Below, piece after piece: positions 46,579-55,988 of a stretch of 64,000 nt of DNA. The stretch comes from a virus. Lineage: Duplodnaviria > Caudoviricetes. Numbering within the stretch: the stretch's first letter is position 1; each line of letters opens with the position of its first letter. The notes under the pieces are model-generated. The model was not told where the DNA came from and made no database searches. It saw nothing but the letters and a program-made list of their open reading frames with translations. Where the stretch lies: IMG/VR virus record IMGVR_UViG_2902511754_000003, positions 1 to 64,000 of that record; one strand, given 5' to 3'. A program made the position numbers and the translations under genes.

Positions 46579-46664
46579 GCTTCCTCCTGTTGTCTTAATC
46601 TGGAAATAATTATACACACAACAAACACATGTTTCAATGAGTTTAATAATTTTAGGGAGAAATA

Positions 46665-47222
46665 ATGCGAGTGAAACCACTCAAACCGAAGAAATGCAAA
46701 GTGTGCAGTAAAGAATTTACTCCGTTTAACTCAATGCAAAAGGCTTGTTCTCCAAAATGCGCAATAGAGCTCGTTCGAAATAACTCACAGAAAGCCCGAG
46801 AGAAAGCGGAGATGCAAAGGCTAAGGGAACGTAAGGTTAAATTAAAAAGTCGCTCAGAATGGCTGAAAGAGGCGCAATCGGTATTTAATAAATTCATTCG
46901 TCTGAGGGATAAAGACGAGCCTTGTATCAGTTGTGGTCGCTATCATCAAGGGCAATGGCACGCAGGACATTATCGCAGTGTTGGGGCTGCACCTGAATTA
47001 AGATTTTGTGAGTTGAATGTCCATAAACAATGCCAACCGTGCAATAACCATAAAAGCGGAAATGTGATTGAGTATCGAATTAATTTGGTAAGAAAAATCG
47101 GTGCAGATAAAGTCGAGTGGCTCGAACGCCAAGACCACGATCCGAAAAAGTACACGATCGAAGATTGCAAAGAAATTATTCAGTATTACAAAGAACAAAT
47201 TAAAGGGATGACTGATGCGTAA
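46665..47222 (+). CDS. ninG: NinG/Rap recombination endonuclease
   Basis: CKVC..CSPKC, CISCG, HAGHYRS, QCQPCN. Confidence 0.92.
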   Translation: MRVKPLKPKKCKVCSKEFTPFNSMQKACSPKCAIELVRNNSQKAREKAEMQRLRERKVKLKSRSEWLKEAQSVFNKFIRLRDKDEPCISCGRYHQGQWHAGHYRSVGAAPELRFCELNVHKQCQPCNNHKSGNVIEYRINLVRKIGADKVEWLERQDHDPKKYTIEDCKEIIQYYKEQIKGMTDA

Positions 47223-47721
47223 ATTTAGCGATTTAACTTTAACAAGTGAGCAAGAACGATTTGTTGATGAATGGATGTACAAATGGGGAGCTTGGGTGCG
47301 TTCCGGTAGGCTTAATAAGGCTCAAGTGAATATTATCGCTAGATTAATGCAATCGGTAATTCCGGCTGAGCCCAGTGAGCCAATTTGTAATGATGATGAA
47401 GGAGTTATGATTAGTCAGGTTGTGGAACAATTCTTTGTAAAAAATGACCGAATTTTACATTTTATTTTGTTTGCTTACTACGTAAATAAACGTACTGTAA
47501 ATTTTATTGCCAATAAACTACGTGAAAATTGCGGAGAGATTCAAATGCAGCCTTGTGCAGGTAAACCAAATATTCGAGTGCCTAGCGCGCTTACTATGCG
47601 TAGAAAAATTGAAAAAGAATTGATGTTTGCAAAATCAATAATTCACGAATTGCTTGTAACTGGTTTTGTATTGTTGCGAACTGGTCGAGAAAATGCAAAA
47701 AATATTAAAATCACTTATTGA
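47215..47721 (+). CDS. Q: Antiterminator Q-like protein
   Basis: WGAWVR motif; between ninG and late promoter/lysis genes. Confidence 0.8.
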   Translation: MRKFSDLTLTSEQERFVDEWMYKWGAWVRSGRLNKAQVNIIARLMQSVIPAEPSEPICNDDEGVMISQVVEQFFVKNDRILHFILFAYYVNKRTVNFIANKLRENCGEIQMQPCAGKPNIRVPSALTMRRKIEKELMFAKSIIHELLVTGFVLLRTGRENAKNIKITY

Positions 47722-47746
47722 CTATCTTGATAACTTGATATACTAT
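47718..47746 (+). promoter_or_regulatory. pR'-like late promoter
   Basis: TTGACT-17-TACTAT overlapping Q stop. Confidence 0.75.
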
Positions 47747-47797
47747 TTCAGTATATGGTGGTCGTTGTGTAACTGATGTTCACCGAATGAATTTAGT

Positions 47798-47830
47798 AGC
47801 CCTGATTGGTTTAACCCGTCAGGGCTTTTT
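47798..47830 (+). terminator. tR'-like terminator
   Basis: AGCCCTGA/TCAGGGCT + T run. Confidence 0.8.
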
Positions 47831-47889
47831 ATTTGAGATGAATTAATCTATAACCGTTTATTATTCGTCCATTTAGATAAGGACAAATT

Positions 47890-48414
47890 ATGTCATTTGA
47901 GAAACGAAAAAAGCTCGCTGATTTAAAAGCGGATAGCAATGCATTATTTGAACATCGTTTAGCTGTTTTGCTTGAGAAGAAAAAGCAAGTTGTTTCTTCA
48001 ATACGTGACGAAGCGATTTACTTTCTTAATGAGCAAGGATTTTCTATCAATAAATCTGTCTTAGTGAATTCTCCACTACAAGTAGAGGCTGATTACAAAG
48101 GCTCAATGAAAATTAAGATTGTGCTTTCAGATCCTGCTGATAGCTTTATGGGAGCTGATATTATTCTTGATGTTGATTATTTAAAGCAAAAATTTGAGTT
48201 TACTGTAGATTTATTTAGACAATCATTTGATACCATTTGGGAAGATGATTTAGACAAAGCAATTTTAGACTATATCAGCCAAAATGAGAAAATTTCTGAA
48301 CTCAATGCGGCAGATATTAACGGGAATTATAAAATCACTTTAATTAAATCACAAAATCAAAAAACGGAATTTGAAAATATTTCCGATGTATTGAAATTCG
48401 TTTTAGAAATGTAA
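47890..48414 (+). CDS. Hypothetical AT-rich moron
   Basis: AAGGA RBS, inserted before lysis cassette. Confidence 0.75.
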   Translation: MSFEKRKKLADLKADSNALFEHRLAVLLEKKKQVVSSIRDEAIYFLNEQGFSINKSVLVNSPLQVEADYKGSMKIKIVLSDPADSFMGADIILDVDYLKQKFEFTVDLFRQSFDTIWEDDLDKAILDYISQNEKISELNAADINGNYKITLIKSQNQKTEFENISDVLKFVLEM

Positions 48415-48546
48415 AGAAGGAAAGACGGGGCTAGTGCTAGACGCTATCGGTGGAGAGGGTTAGAAAGTGTACATATCTAATTTTTCAGTGCTTCCGTGAG
48501 CTTAAGGCTCGACCGAATTAAAAATTAATTGATGAGATAACTTACA

Positions 48547-48573
48547 AGCTCAGTTTGATAACTGGGCTTTTTT
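48547..48573 (+). terminator. Intrinsic terminator upstream of holin
   Basis: AGCTCAGTT/AACTGGGCT + T run. Confidence 0.7.
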
Positions 48574-48590
48574 ATATAACAGGTTTTATT

Positions 48591-48914
48591 ATGCCGACTA
48601 AAGATCCAAATAGCTGGGAATCTTTTTTACGCTGGCTCCCTTTGGTGATTATTGGGTTATTTGCCGGCGTAGCGAAATATGCAAGTGATATTCAAGCCGG
48701 AAAGCTCCACTTTAGCGTGGGGCTTTTTTTATGCCAAGTGGTTGTATCTATGTTTGCCGGTTGGATTGGTGGATTGTTATGTTTATATTCCGGTTTAGGG
48801 CTTGAGCTTACCTGTGTTGGTGCTGGACTTGCTGGTTACGGTGGGGGCGCAGTGCTTAATGCAATTTGGCGCGGTTTCTTCGTGTCTAAACTGGGGATTA
48901 AAGATGAAAATTAG
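48591..48914 (+). CDS. Holin (LydA-like)
   Basis: Three TM segments, GAGLAGYGG, upstream of lysozyme. Confidence 0.8.
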   Translation: MPTKDPNSWESFLRWLPLVIIGLFAGVAKYASDIQAGKLHFSVGLFLCQVVVSMFAGWIGGLLCLYSGLGLELTCVGAGLAGYGGGAVLNAIWRGFFVSKLGIKDEN

Positions 48915-49347
48915 TGAAAAAGGAATTGAATTTATTCGTCAGGCAGAGGGTGAGAAATTAACTGCATATCCTGACATTGTTGGGGTTTGGACGATTGGTG
49001 TCGGGCATACCGGATTTGTGGATGGAAAATCGGTCTCACGTGGAATGACAATTACGAAAGAAAAATCCAAAGAGATTTTGATTGCGGATTTAAAGCGTTT
49101 TGAACGTGCGGTCATTTCTGCCGTTAAAGTTTCCCTCACTCAAAATCAGTTTGATGCACTTGTTAGCCTTGCATTTAATATTGGCGAAGGTGCTTTTACC
49201 CGTTCAACGCTGGTGAAAAAACTCAATGCCGGCGATTATAAAGGCGCAGCGGAACAATTCCTTGTTTGGAAAAATGCCGGTGGGCGAGTGTCACAAGGTT
49301 TACTCAATCGGCGTAAACGCGAGAAAGCGATGTTTGAGGTGTCTTGA
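48904..49347 (+). CDS. GH24 lysozyme
   Basis: EG...AYPDIVGVWTIGVGHT, QNQFDALVS, GLLNRR..E. Confidence 0.95.
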   Translation: MKISEKGIEFIRQAEGEKLTAYPDIVGVWTIGVGHTGFVDGKSVSRGMTITKEKSKEILIADLKRFERAVISAVKVSLTQNQFDALVSLAFNIGEGAFTRSTLVKKLNAGDYKGAAEQFLVWKNAGGRVSQGLLNRRKREKAMFEVS

Positions 49348-49733
49348 TGTGGTGGATGTTTATTATTAAAAAACTCAGTGCAAATCTATTGGCTTACGGT
49401 TTCAAGCACCTGAATAAGATTGCGGTATTTTTTGTCGCCATCTTTGTTATGGCGTTACTTTATATACAACACGCAAATAAATTAAATATCGAGCGTCAAT
49501 CTGCGGTGATTAATTCGTTGCACGAGAAAGTGATTCAGCGGGACAAGATTATTGACGAATTACATGAAGATGTTGGCGAGCAACGCAAAATAGCTGAAAA
49601 GCGTTTAGAGCAAGAACAAACGATTCGGGAACAAAGTTATGCGCAAATTCAATCTATTAAAAAAATGCTGGAAAGTAATCAATGTAGCGATGTTACTTTG
49701 CCTGCCGGTGTTGTTAACGAATTGCGCAAGTAA
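49344..49733 (+). CDS. i-spanin (Rz-like)
   Basis: TM + coiled coil after lysozyme. Confidence 0.75.
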   Translation: MMWWMFIIKKLSANLLAYGFKHLNKIAVFFVAIFVMALLYIQHANKLNIERQSAVINSLHEKVIQRDKIIDELHEDVGEQRKIAEKRLEQEQTIREQSYAQIQSIKKMLESNQCSDVTLPAGVVNELRK

Positions 49734-49950
49734 GCCTGAAATTGAGTATCGTACGATTGCTTTTTCACCACCGGTGAGTTTGCTCGCACCTTGTATGCAG
49801 CCAACATTTCACGGTTCAACTTTTGGGGAAACGGTGGAGTATGCCTTGTTGCTTAAACAAGAGTTAAAGTTATGCGGCAATAAGGTTGAAGGGATTCGGG
49901 AATATGTAGAGGCAAGAAAAAGTGCGGTGGAAAATGGGAAAGAAAAATAA
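49639..49950 (+). CDS. o-spanin (Rz1-like lipoprotein; start probably 49690)
   Basis: LLTNC lipobox, Pro-rich, overlaps Rz. Confidence 0.75.
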   Translation: MRKFNLLKKCWKVINVAMLLCLPVLLTNCASKPEIEYRTIAFSPPVSLLAPCMQPTFHGSTFGETVEYALLLKQELKLCGNKVEGIREYVEARKSAVENGKEK

Positions 49951-49991
49951 CTACCCAAATTTTTTAGGGGGATTTGTTTTAAGGATTTTCT

Positions 49992-50537
49992 ATGCTGGAC
50001 GTGAAAGGAAAATCCACGTCTAAAGGGCGTGGGCAGCCTACAAAATATAAACCGGAGTATGTAATCCAAGTTGAAAAACTGTGTTTACTTGGGGCAACAG
50101 ATAGAGATATAGCAGATTTTTTTGAAGTTGCTGAATCTACCATCAATAACTGGAAAATTGAATATCCTGAATTCTTGGAGTCCATAAAAAAAGGGAAGTT
50201 ATTAGCAGATGCAAATGTAGCAAATAGTCTCTATAAAAGAGCATTAGGCTATGAAGCTCCTGATATTGATATTCGGGTGATTGAAAATAAAATTGTCGAA
50301 ACGCCGTTAATTAAGCATTATCCACCCGATCCAACATCAGCTATTTTTTGGCTCAAAAACAGACAGCCTGATAAATGGCGGGATAAGCAAATACAAGAAG
50401 TCTCTGGTGTAGATGGCAGTGCGGTACAAATCGAAGTAAAAAAGGAAATCGATCTTTCGGTATATTCTGATGATGAACTTAGACTTCTTAGAAAGCTTAA
50501 ACATAAACAATCTGAATTTGGAGTTAGCGAGGCGTAA
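49992..50537 (+). CDS. terS: Terminase small subunit
   Basis: GQPTKY, GATDRDIADFF HTH, AIFWLKNR. Confidence 0.88.
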   Translation: MLDVKGKSTSKGRGQPTKYKPEYVIQVEKLCLLGATDRDIADFFEVAESTINNWKIEYPEFLESIKKGKLLADANVANSLYKRALGYEAPDIDIRVIENKIVETPLIKHYPPDPTSAIFWLKNRQPDKWRDKQIQEVSGVDGSAVQIEVKKEIDLSVYSDDELRLLRKLKHKQSEFGVSEA

Positions 50538-51924
50538 TCTATTTGATTTTACCCTTGAGACGAAACCCGACTTTGTGACGGGGTGGTTTAATGAAATCGT
50601 AGCCAAAGAGTTACAGCAATTCTATGAAGATGTAAAAGCGGGTAAGCAGCCTCGATTAATGATATTTGCTCCGCCCCGTAGCGGAAAAAGTGAATTATTT
50701 AGTCGCCGTTTCCCTGCATGGGTATTTGGTAAAGATCCTGATTTACAGATTATTGCTTGTTCCTATTCTGCCGATCTTGCAAGCCGAATGAATCGTGATG
50801 TGCAGCGAATAATGGATGATGAAAGTTATCACGGTATTTTTCCTAATTCATCATTAAATGAAAAGCGTATTGCAACTGTATCCGGTCAGCCTTTACGCAA
50901 TAGCGAGATTTTTGAAATAGCAGGACACCGTGGTGCATATCGTTCTGCCGGTGTGGGTGGAGGTATCACAGGTATGGGGGCTGATATAGCAATTATTGAC
51001 GACCCTGTAAAAGATGCCAAAGAAGCCAATTCTCAAACCGTGCGTGATAGCGTGTGGGATTGGTACACTACGACACTTTATACCCGTTTGTCGCCCAATA
51101 GTGGCGTTCTGCTGGGAATGACAAGATGGCACGAAGACGATCTAGCCGGACGGCTTATTGAAGAAATGAAAAAAGACGGCGATCAGTGGCGAATTGTTTC
51201 TTTTCCCGCAATTGCCGAACAAGATGAAGAATTTCGCAAAGAGGGGGAGCCGTTACATCCTGAACGATTTAATTTAGAACGTTTGATCAAGATAAAAAAA
51301 GCGGTGGGTTCTCATACTTGGAACGCCTTGTATCAACAACGCCCTACAAGTAAAGGTGGAGGCATAATCAAAGGGGCTTGGTTCCCTCGTTATCAAGTAC
51401 CGCCGATTATTAAAATTAAAGGTATTTACGCTGATACGGCTCAAAAAGCAAAAGAACACAACGACTACTCCGTATTTCTCGTTGCCGGCAAGGGGGCTGA
51501 TGGAAAAGTTTATATTCTTGATCTGATTCGAGGTAAGTGGGAGGCCCCCGAACTTGAGCAAAAACTCAAGGATGTTTGGAATCATCAAAAATCAATTCGA
51601 AATACTGGTTATCTCTCTCGTGTAAACATTGAGGATAAAGCAAGCGGTACATCGTTGATTCAACGTATTCAGCGTGAAGCAAGAATACCAATTAAGGCTA
51701 TTCAGGTTGATGCCGATAAATATACTCGAGTGCTTGGTGTTCAAGGGTATATCGAAAGCGGTTATGTGTGTTTACCTGAAAATGCTTACTGGGTAAAAGA
51801 CTTCGTTGCAGAATGTGAAGCATTTACCGCAACAGATAGTCACGCCCACGACGATCAGGTTGATAGCCTAGTAATGGCTATTGCTGATTTGCTTGGAAAA
51901 CCAAAATCCCTACTGGATTGCTAA
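50470..51924 (+). CDS. terL: Terminase large subunit
   Basis: APPRSGKSE Walker A, IIDD Walker B, DDQVDS nuclease motif. Confidence 0.95.
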   Translation: MMNLDFLESLNINNLNLELARRNLFDFTLETKPDFVTGWFNEIVAKELQQFYEDVKAGKQPRLMIFAPPRSGKSELFSRRFPAWVFGKDPDLQIIACSYSADLASRMNRDVQRIMDDESYHGIFPNSSLNEKRIATVSGQPLRNSEIFEIAGHRGAYRSAGVGGGITGMGADIAIIDDPVKDAKEANSQTVRDSVWDWYTTTLYTRLSPNSGVLLGMTRWHEDDLAGRLIEEMKKDGDQWRIVSFPAIAEQDEEFRKEGEPLHPERFNLERLIKIKKAVGSHTWNALYQQRPTSKGGGIIKGAWFPRYQVPPIIKIKGIYADTAQKAKEHNDYSVFLVAGKGADGKVYILDLIRGKWEAPELEQKLKDVWNHQKSIRNTGYLSRVNIEDKASGTSLIQRIQREARIPIKAIQVDADKYTRVLGVQGYIESGYVCLPENAYWVKDFVAECEAFTATDSHAHDDQVDSLVMAIADLLGKPKSLLDC

Positions 51925-53222
51925 TTATGAAAATTAATGACAATTTACAATCTTTTGCTTTAAAACTCGGTGTAAAACAGGAAAAAACCACCTATGTTAG
52001 AAGCTCTACACTTACCGAAGATAGAGAACAGCTTAATGCACTATGGGCTGAAAATTGGGTTGCCCGTAAAATTTGCATAAAACGCCCACAAGACATGGTT
52101 CGCCGTTGGCGTGATGTGTACTCAAACGATTTAGAGGCAGAGCAACTTGAAGCCTTCGAAAAGTTAGAACGGAAACTAAAATTGCGTGAAATCCTCGGTG
52201 AAGCGTTATCGTGGTCAAGCTTATATGGCTCTGTGGCAATTTTAATCGTTACCGATACGCTAAATTTGAATGTTCCACTACAACCAACAGAGCAAATTAA
52301 GCGGTTAGTTATTCTGCCCAAATGGAAAATATCGCCTTACGGGGAGAAAGATGAAGATGTACTCTCGCCTAATTTTTCAGGTTATTCTTACTATCAAATT
52401 AATGGTGCATTAAGTGTACATTACTCAAGATTAGTTATTTTAAATGCGGCCAAATCCCCCTTATCTGATGAAGATATTTGGGGGATTTCTGATTTAGAAG
52501 CCGTAATTGAAGTGTTAAAACGATTTGATGGTGCAAGTAAAAATATCGGCGATTTAATATACGAGAGCAAAATTGATATTTTCAAGATAGCGGGGCTTTC
52601 CGACAAAATTAGTGCTGGTATGGAAGCTGATGTAGCGAAAGCAATTAGTGCTGTTCAAGATATTAAATCTGCGACAAATAGCCTACTTCTTGACCCTGAA
52701 AATGAATACGAACAAAAAGAGCTTAGCTTTGGCGGATTGAAAGATCTGTTGGTTGAATTTCGTAATGCCGTAGCCGGTGCTGTGGATATGCCGGTTACGA
52801 TTTTATTCGGGCAAAGTGCGGCTGGATTCGCAAGTGGTCAAGAAGACATTGATAACTATCACGAAAGTGTACACCGATTGCAAGAAGAGCGATTACGACC
52901 CGTGTTAGAACGTATAGATCCTTTGTTGTGCAATATGGCATTCGGAAACTATCCGCAAGATTGGTGGTTTGAATTTGTACCGCTGAAAGAACTCACTCAA
53001 GAACAACAAATCAATATGTTGAATACCTTTGCAAGTGCGAGCAATGTCTTTATTCAAAATGGGATATTAACCGAAAATCAGATAGCAAACGAACTTAAGG
53101 AAAGTGGCTTGTTTGCTAATATTTCTGCCGAAGATATTGAGGATATGAATAATGTTGATGAATTTGCCGGAGATTTTGAAAAATCAGAAGAGATGGAAGG
53201 CACGGAAATTCAAGCCGGTTAA
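51918..53222 (+). CDS. Portal protein (DUF1073-type)
   Basis: After terL; MPVTILFGQSAAG, D..NY. Confidence 0.88.
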   Translation: MLIMKINDNLQSFALKLGVKQEKTTYVRSSTLTEDREQLNALWAENWVARKICIKRPQDMVRRWRDVYSNDLEAEQLEAFEKLERKLKLREILGEALSWSSLYGSVAILIVTDTLNLNVPLQPTEQIKRLVILPKWKISPYGEKDEDVLSPNFSGYSYYQINGALSVHYSRLVILNAAKSPLSDEDIWGISDLEAVIEVLKRFDGASKNIGDLIYESKIDIFKIAGLSDKISAGMEADVAKAISAVQDIKSATNSLLLDPENEYEQKELSFGGLKDLLVEFRNAVAGAVDMPVTILFGQSAAGFASGQEDIDNYHESVHRLQEERLRPVLERIDPLLCNMAFGNYPQDWWFEFVPLKELTQEQQINMLNTFASASNVFIQNGILTENQIANELKESGLFANISAEDIEDMNNVDEFAGDFEKSEEMEGTEIQAG

Positions 53223-54534
53223 GAGCAGTAAGCGGACAGAAATTTGGTATCATCAACAGCTTAAGGTATTCGTCAAAAATATGACGAGCAACATTGAAAG
53301 GGCTTTGCAACGACCGCAAAGTCCTTTTTTTATGGATAGTGCTGATGGGTTCCAGGCGATCAGTAAACAGGCTTTATTGGATTACCTGAAAAAATACCAA
53401 GAAAAAGACCGCACTTCTGAGGCTGAATACATCGCTCAAGGGTTTGTAAGCCGTGGAAATATCCAAAACCAAAGGGAAGTATCAACAAATCTTAAAAATC
53501 AAACAGGCGTTGATTTAGCAGCGTATTTAAACAATAGCCCGAATATCAAAGAGAAGTTGGAGATGACGCAATTATGGAACGTTTCTCTTATTTCTAATTT
53601 GCAGGCAGATTATTTAAACAAAATCAACAATGCGGTGACCCAGTCTGTTTTATCCGGTGGGGATATTAAGGATTTAGCCGCTCAAATTAAGGAAATCGCA
53701 AAAGTATCTGAAAAGCGTGCTGCATTAATTGCACGAGATCAGACATCAAAATTTAATGCTGCATTGACACAGGCTCGCCACGAAGATTTGGGTGTTAAAA
53801 AGTATATGTGGAGCACTGCGGGTGATGAGCGTGTGCGAGATAATCATGCTGAAAAAGATGGGCAGATTTTTGAATATGCTAATCCACCTGAAGATACCGG
53901 ACATCCAGGGCATGATATAAACTGCCGATGTGTTCAGATTGCCGTGTTTGATGAGGTGCACGAAAAGCAAATCAATGAGCAGTTGGAGAAGCAAGATGCC
54001 GGTAAGGCGATTGCAATAGAGGCGTTTGATTTTCAGGCTAAGGAAATTGCTAAAGACGATGTTGCATTATCATTTGTAAAGAACCGTAACTTATCTAAAC
54101 CTGAAGCGGTGATATTGCGAGAATATACAGGACATTCCGCACAACAAATTAACGCTGACTTGCGCAGTAACAAACCTAGCTTAAAAACATTATCATTTGC
54201 CAGGATCTTAAACCGTGCATTAAATAAATTACCGTCTTATAAAGGTAAGGTATGGCGTGATGTTGATTTGCCAGAGAAAGTGTTGGCACTATACTCTGTT
54301 GGTGAAATTGTTACTGAAAAAGGATTTGTAAGCTCAAGTCGTGATGAATTTGAGCGGTTTGATTCTGCACGTCCTCATAGACTTCTTATTCATAGTAAGA
54401 ACGGTAAGATTATTGAGAAAATAAGTATTCTCCCGTTAGAGTATGAGGTATTATTTAGATCAGGAACAAAATTTAAAGTGCTTAAACGAACCCAAAAAAA
54501 AGAGTATCTGCTCATTGAGTTACAGGAGCTTTAA
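53152..54534 (+). CDS. MuF/SPP1-gp7 head protein fused to a C-terminal ADP-ribosyltransferase
   Basis: IARDQ, WSTAGDERVR, H, NCRC (MuF); YT..INADLR, VWR, FVSSS, EYEVLF (R-S-E ART). Confidence 0.88.
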   Translation: MLMNLPEILKNQKRWKARKFKPVKSSKRTEIWYHQQLKVFVKNMTSNIERALQRPQSPFFMDSADGFQAISKQALLDYLKKYQEKDRTSEAEYIAQGFVSRGNIQNQREVSTNLKNQTGVDLAAYLNNSPNIKEKLEMTQLWNVSLISNLQADYLNKINNAVTQSVLSGGDIKDLAAQIKEIAKVSEKRAALIARDQTSKFNAALTQARHEDLGVKKYMWSTAGDERVRDNHAEKDGQIFEYANPPEDTGHPGHDINCRCVQIAVFDEVHEKQINEQLEKQDAGKAIAIEAFDFQAKEIAKDDVALSFVKNRNLSKPEAVILREYTGHSAQQINADLRSNKPSLKTLSFARILNRALNKLPSYKGKVWRDVDLPEKVLALYSVGEIVTEKGFVSSSRDEFERFDSARPHRLLIHSKNGKIIEKISILPLEYEVLFRSGTKFKVLKRTQKKEYLLIELQEL

Positions 54535-54792
54535 ATGCGCAAAGAATATACTGACCCTGATATTTATAAAAGAAACCTCGATCGCCACATGAATAGTGAA
54601 AATATTAAGCGATCTGAATACTTAATGATGTGGATGTATCAATTGCTTACTGCAGAAACAAAATTTGGTACACGAGAGGCCGTGCTTTATCGGGTTCAAA
54701 AGCGTTTTACTGGCGATGTAAGCTTTGATGAAGCTGTGGAAAAAATGGATAAATTAATCTCAGAGGCAGAAACAGAAGAATTAATGCAGTAA
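54535..54792 (+). CDS. 85-aa protein, candidate immunity to the ART
   Basis: Abuts toxin stop; followed by terminator 54852-54877. Confidence 0.65.
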   Translation: MRKEYTDPDIYKRNLDRHMNSENIKRSEYLMMWMYQLLTAETKFGTREAVLYRVQKRFTGDVSFDEAVEKMDKLISEAETEELMQ

Positions 54793-54851
54793 ATTTATCC
54801 AATACGGTCGAATTGTCACAATACAGTTCGGTCTTTTTGTTGAATTTTTAT

Positions 54852-54877
54852 AACCCGCTTGAATTGGCGGGTTTTTT
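54852..54877 (+). terminator. Intrinsic terminator
   Basis: AACCCGC/GCGGGTT + T run. Confidence 0.75.
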
Positions 54878-54890
54878 ATTGGAGAAAATA

Positions 54891-55988
54891 ATGAAATTCA
54901 CAGATAAAACAGAACAAGCCAAAACACAGCGAACCATCACAAAAGATGGTTTTTTAGTCGTGCCGGCAATAATTTCCAAGGTGGGAGTATTTGATTATTT
55001 GGCAACGGAGCTTGGCTTGAAAGAAGATGGCATTAAGAAAGTCGCTCGAACAGAAAAATCCTTGTTTAGCGATGAAACAATCAAAAGTTTCGAGAATGCC
55101 ACTTTGACCATTGGTCACCCGAAAGAAGATGTGAATGCGAAAAACTGGAAACAGCTTTCTGTGGGCGTGGTTCGTAACGTAAAACGTGTTGGCGATGAGT
55201 TAACAGCGGAAGCATGGATTTATGATGAAAATGCCATTAAAACCGTGCAGGAGCAGGGGGTTGAACAATTATCTTGCGGGTACGATTGCGACATTAAACC
55301 GTCAACTGTGCAAGATGCAGATTTTGAGATGTCGCCGATGATCGGCAACCATGTAGCGATTGTGGCAAAGGGTCGCTGCGGTGGAGAAGTCAAACTTGCC
55401 GATGAGGATAAAACATTTATGAGTAAAACAGAAAAATTCATTGATGCATTTTTAGGTGCGTTCGGTATTAAGTTATCAGACGAACAGAAAAAGCAGATTG
55501 AAGAAGATGAAGAGCAAGGGAAAGAGGGTAAACCGGAAGAAGGTAAAAAGCCTGAAGATCCTAAAGCGAAACCGGAAGAAAAAAACGAAGAAGAGAAGGA
55601 GAAAAAAATGGCAGATGCCGACTTACAAAAACGCATTGATGAGCTGGAAGCGGAAAACAAGCAGCTAAAAGATGCCAAAGCAAACACGGAAAGCGAACAA
55701 AAACGTATTGAGCTTTTAACCGATGCGAAAGCAAGCTTTGCTGAAGTGAAATTTGCCGATTCCGCAACCGTGCGTGAAATTCAAGAAAGTGCTGTCATTT
55801 CTACAGGTATTTTTGCCAAAGATGAAGCAGCGAAATTATCCGATGCTGAAATGGCTGGAGCTTATCAAGCCGCCAAAGCAACGGCAAAAAAATTAGCCGA
55901 ACGATCATTAGGCAGCGTGCTATTAAAAGATGGCAATGCGGTGGCAAAATCGTTTGATTTCAACACTTACAATGAAGGAGCAAAATAA
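54891..55988 (+). CDS. Head protease/scaffold (DUF2213-type)
   Basis: QLSCGY, NHVAIV..GRCG; acidic/Lys-rich scaffold region. Confidence 0.88.
   Translation: MKFTDKTEQAKTQRTITKDGFLVVPAIISKVGVFDYLATELGLKEDGIKKVARTEKSLFSDETIKSFENATLTIGHPKEDVNAKNWKQLSVGVVRNVKRVGDELTAEAWIYDENAIKTVQEQGVEQLSCGYDCDIKPSTVQDADFEMSPMIGNHVAIVAKGRCGGEVKLADEDKTFMSKTEKFIDAFLGAFGIKLSDEQKKQIEEDEEQGKEGKPEEGKKPEDPKAKPEEKNEEEKEKKMADADLQKRIDELEAENKQLKDAKANTESEQKRIELLTDAKASFAEVKFADSATVREIQESAVISTGIFAKDEAAKLSDAEMAGAYQAAKATAKKLAERSLGSVLLKDGNAVAKSFDFNTYNEGAK

Noticed and set aside
46396-46680. 94-aa extended HicA as given by the ORF track
   Set aside because: The RBS (GGAGG) and promoter fit a start at 46578; the extension overlaps its own promoter and the ninG start.
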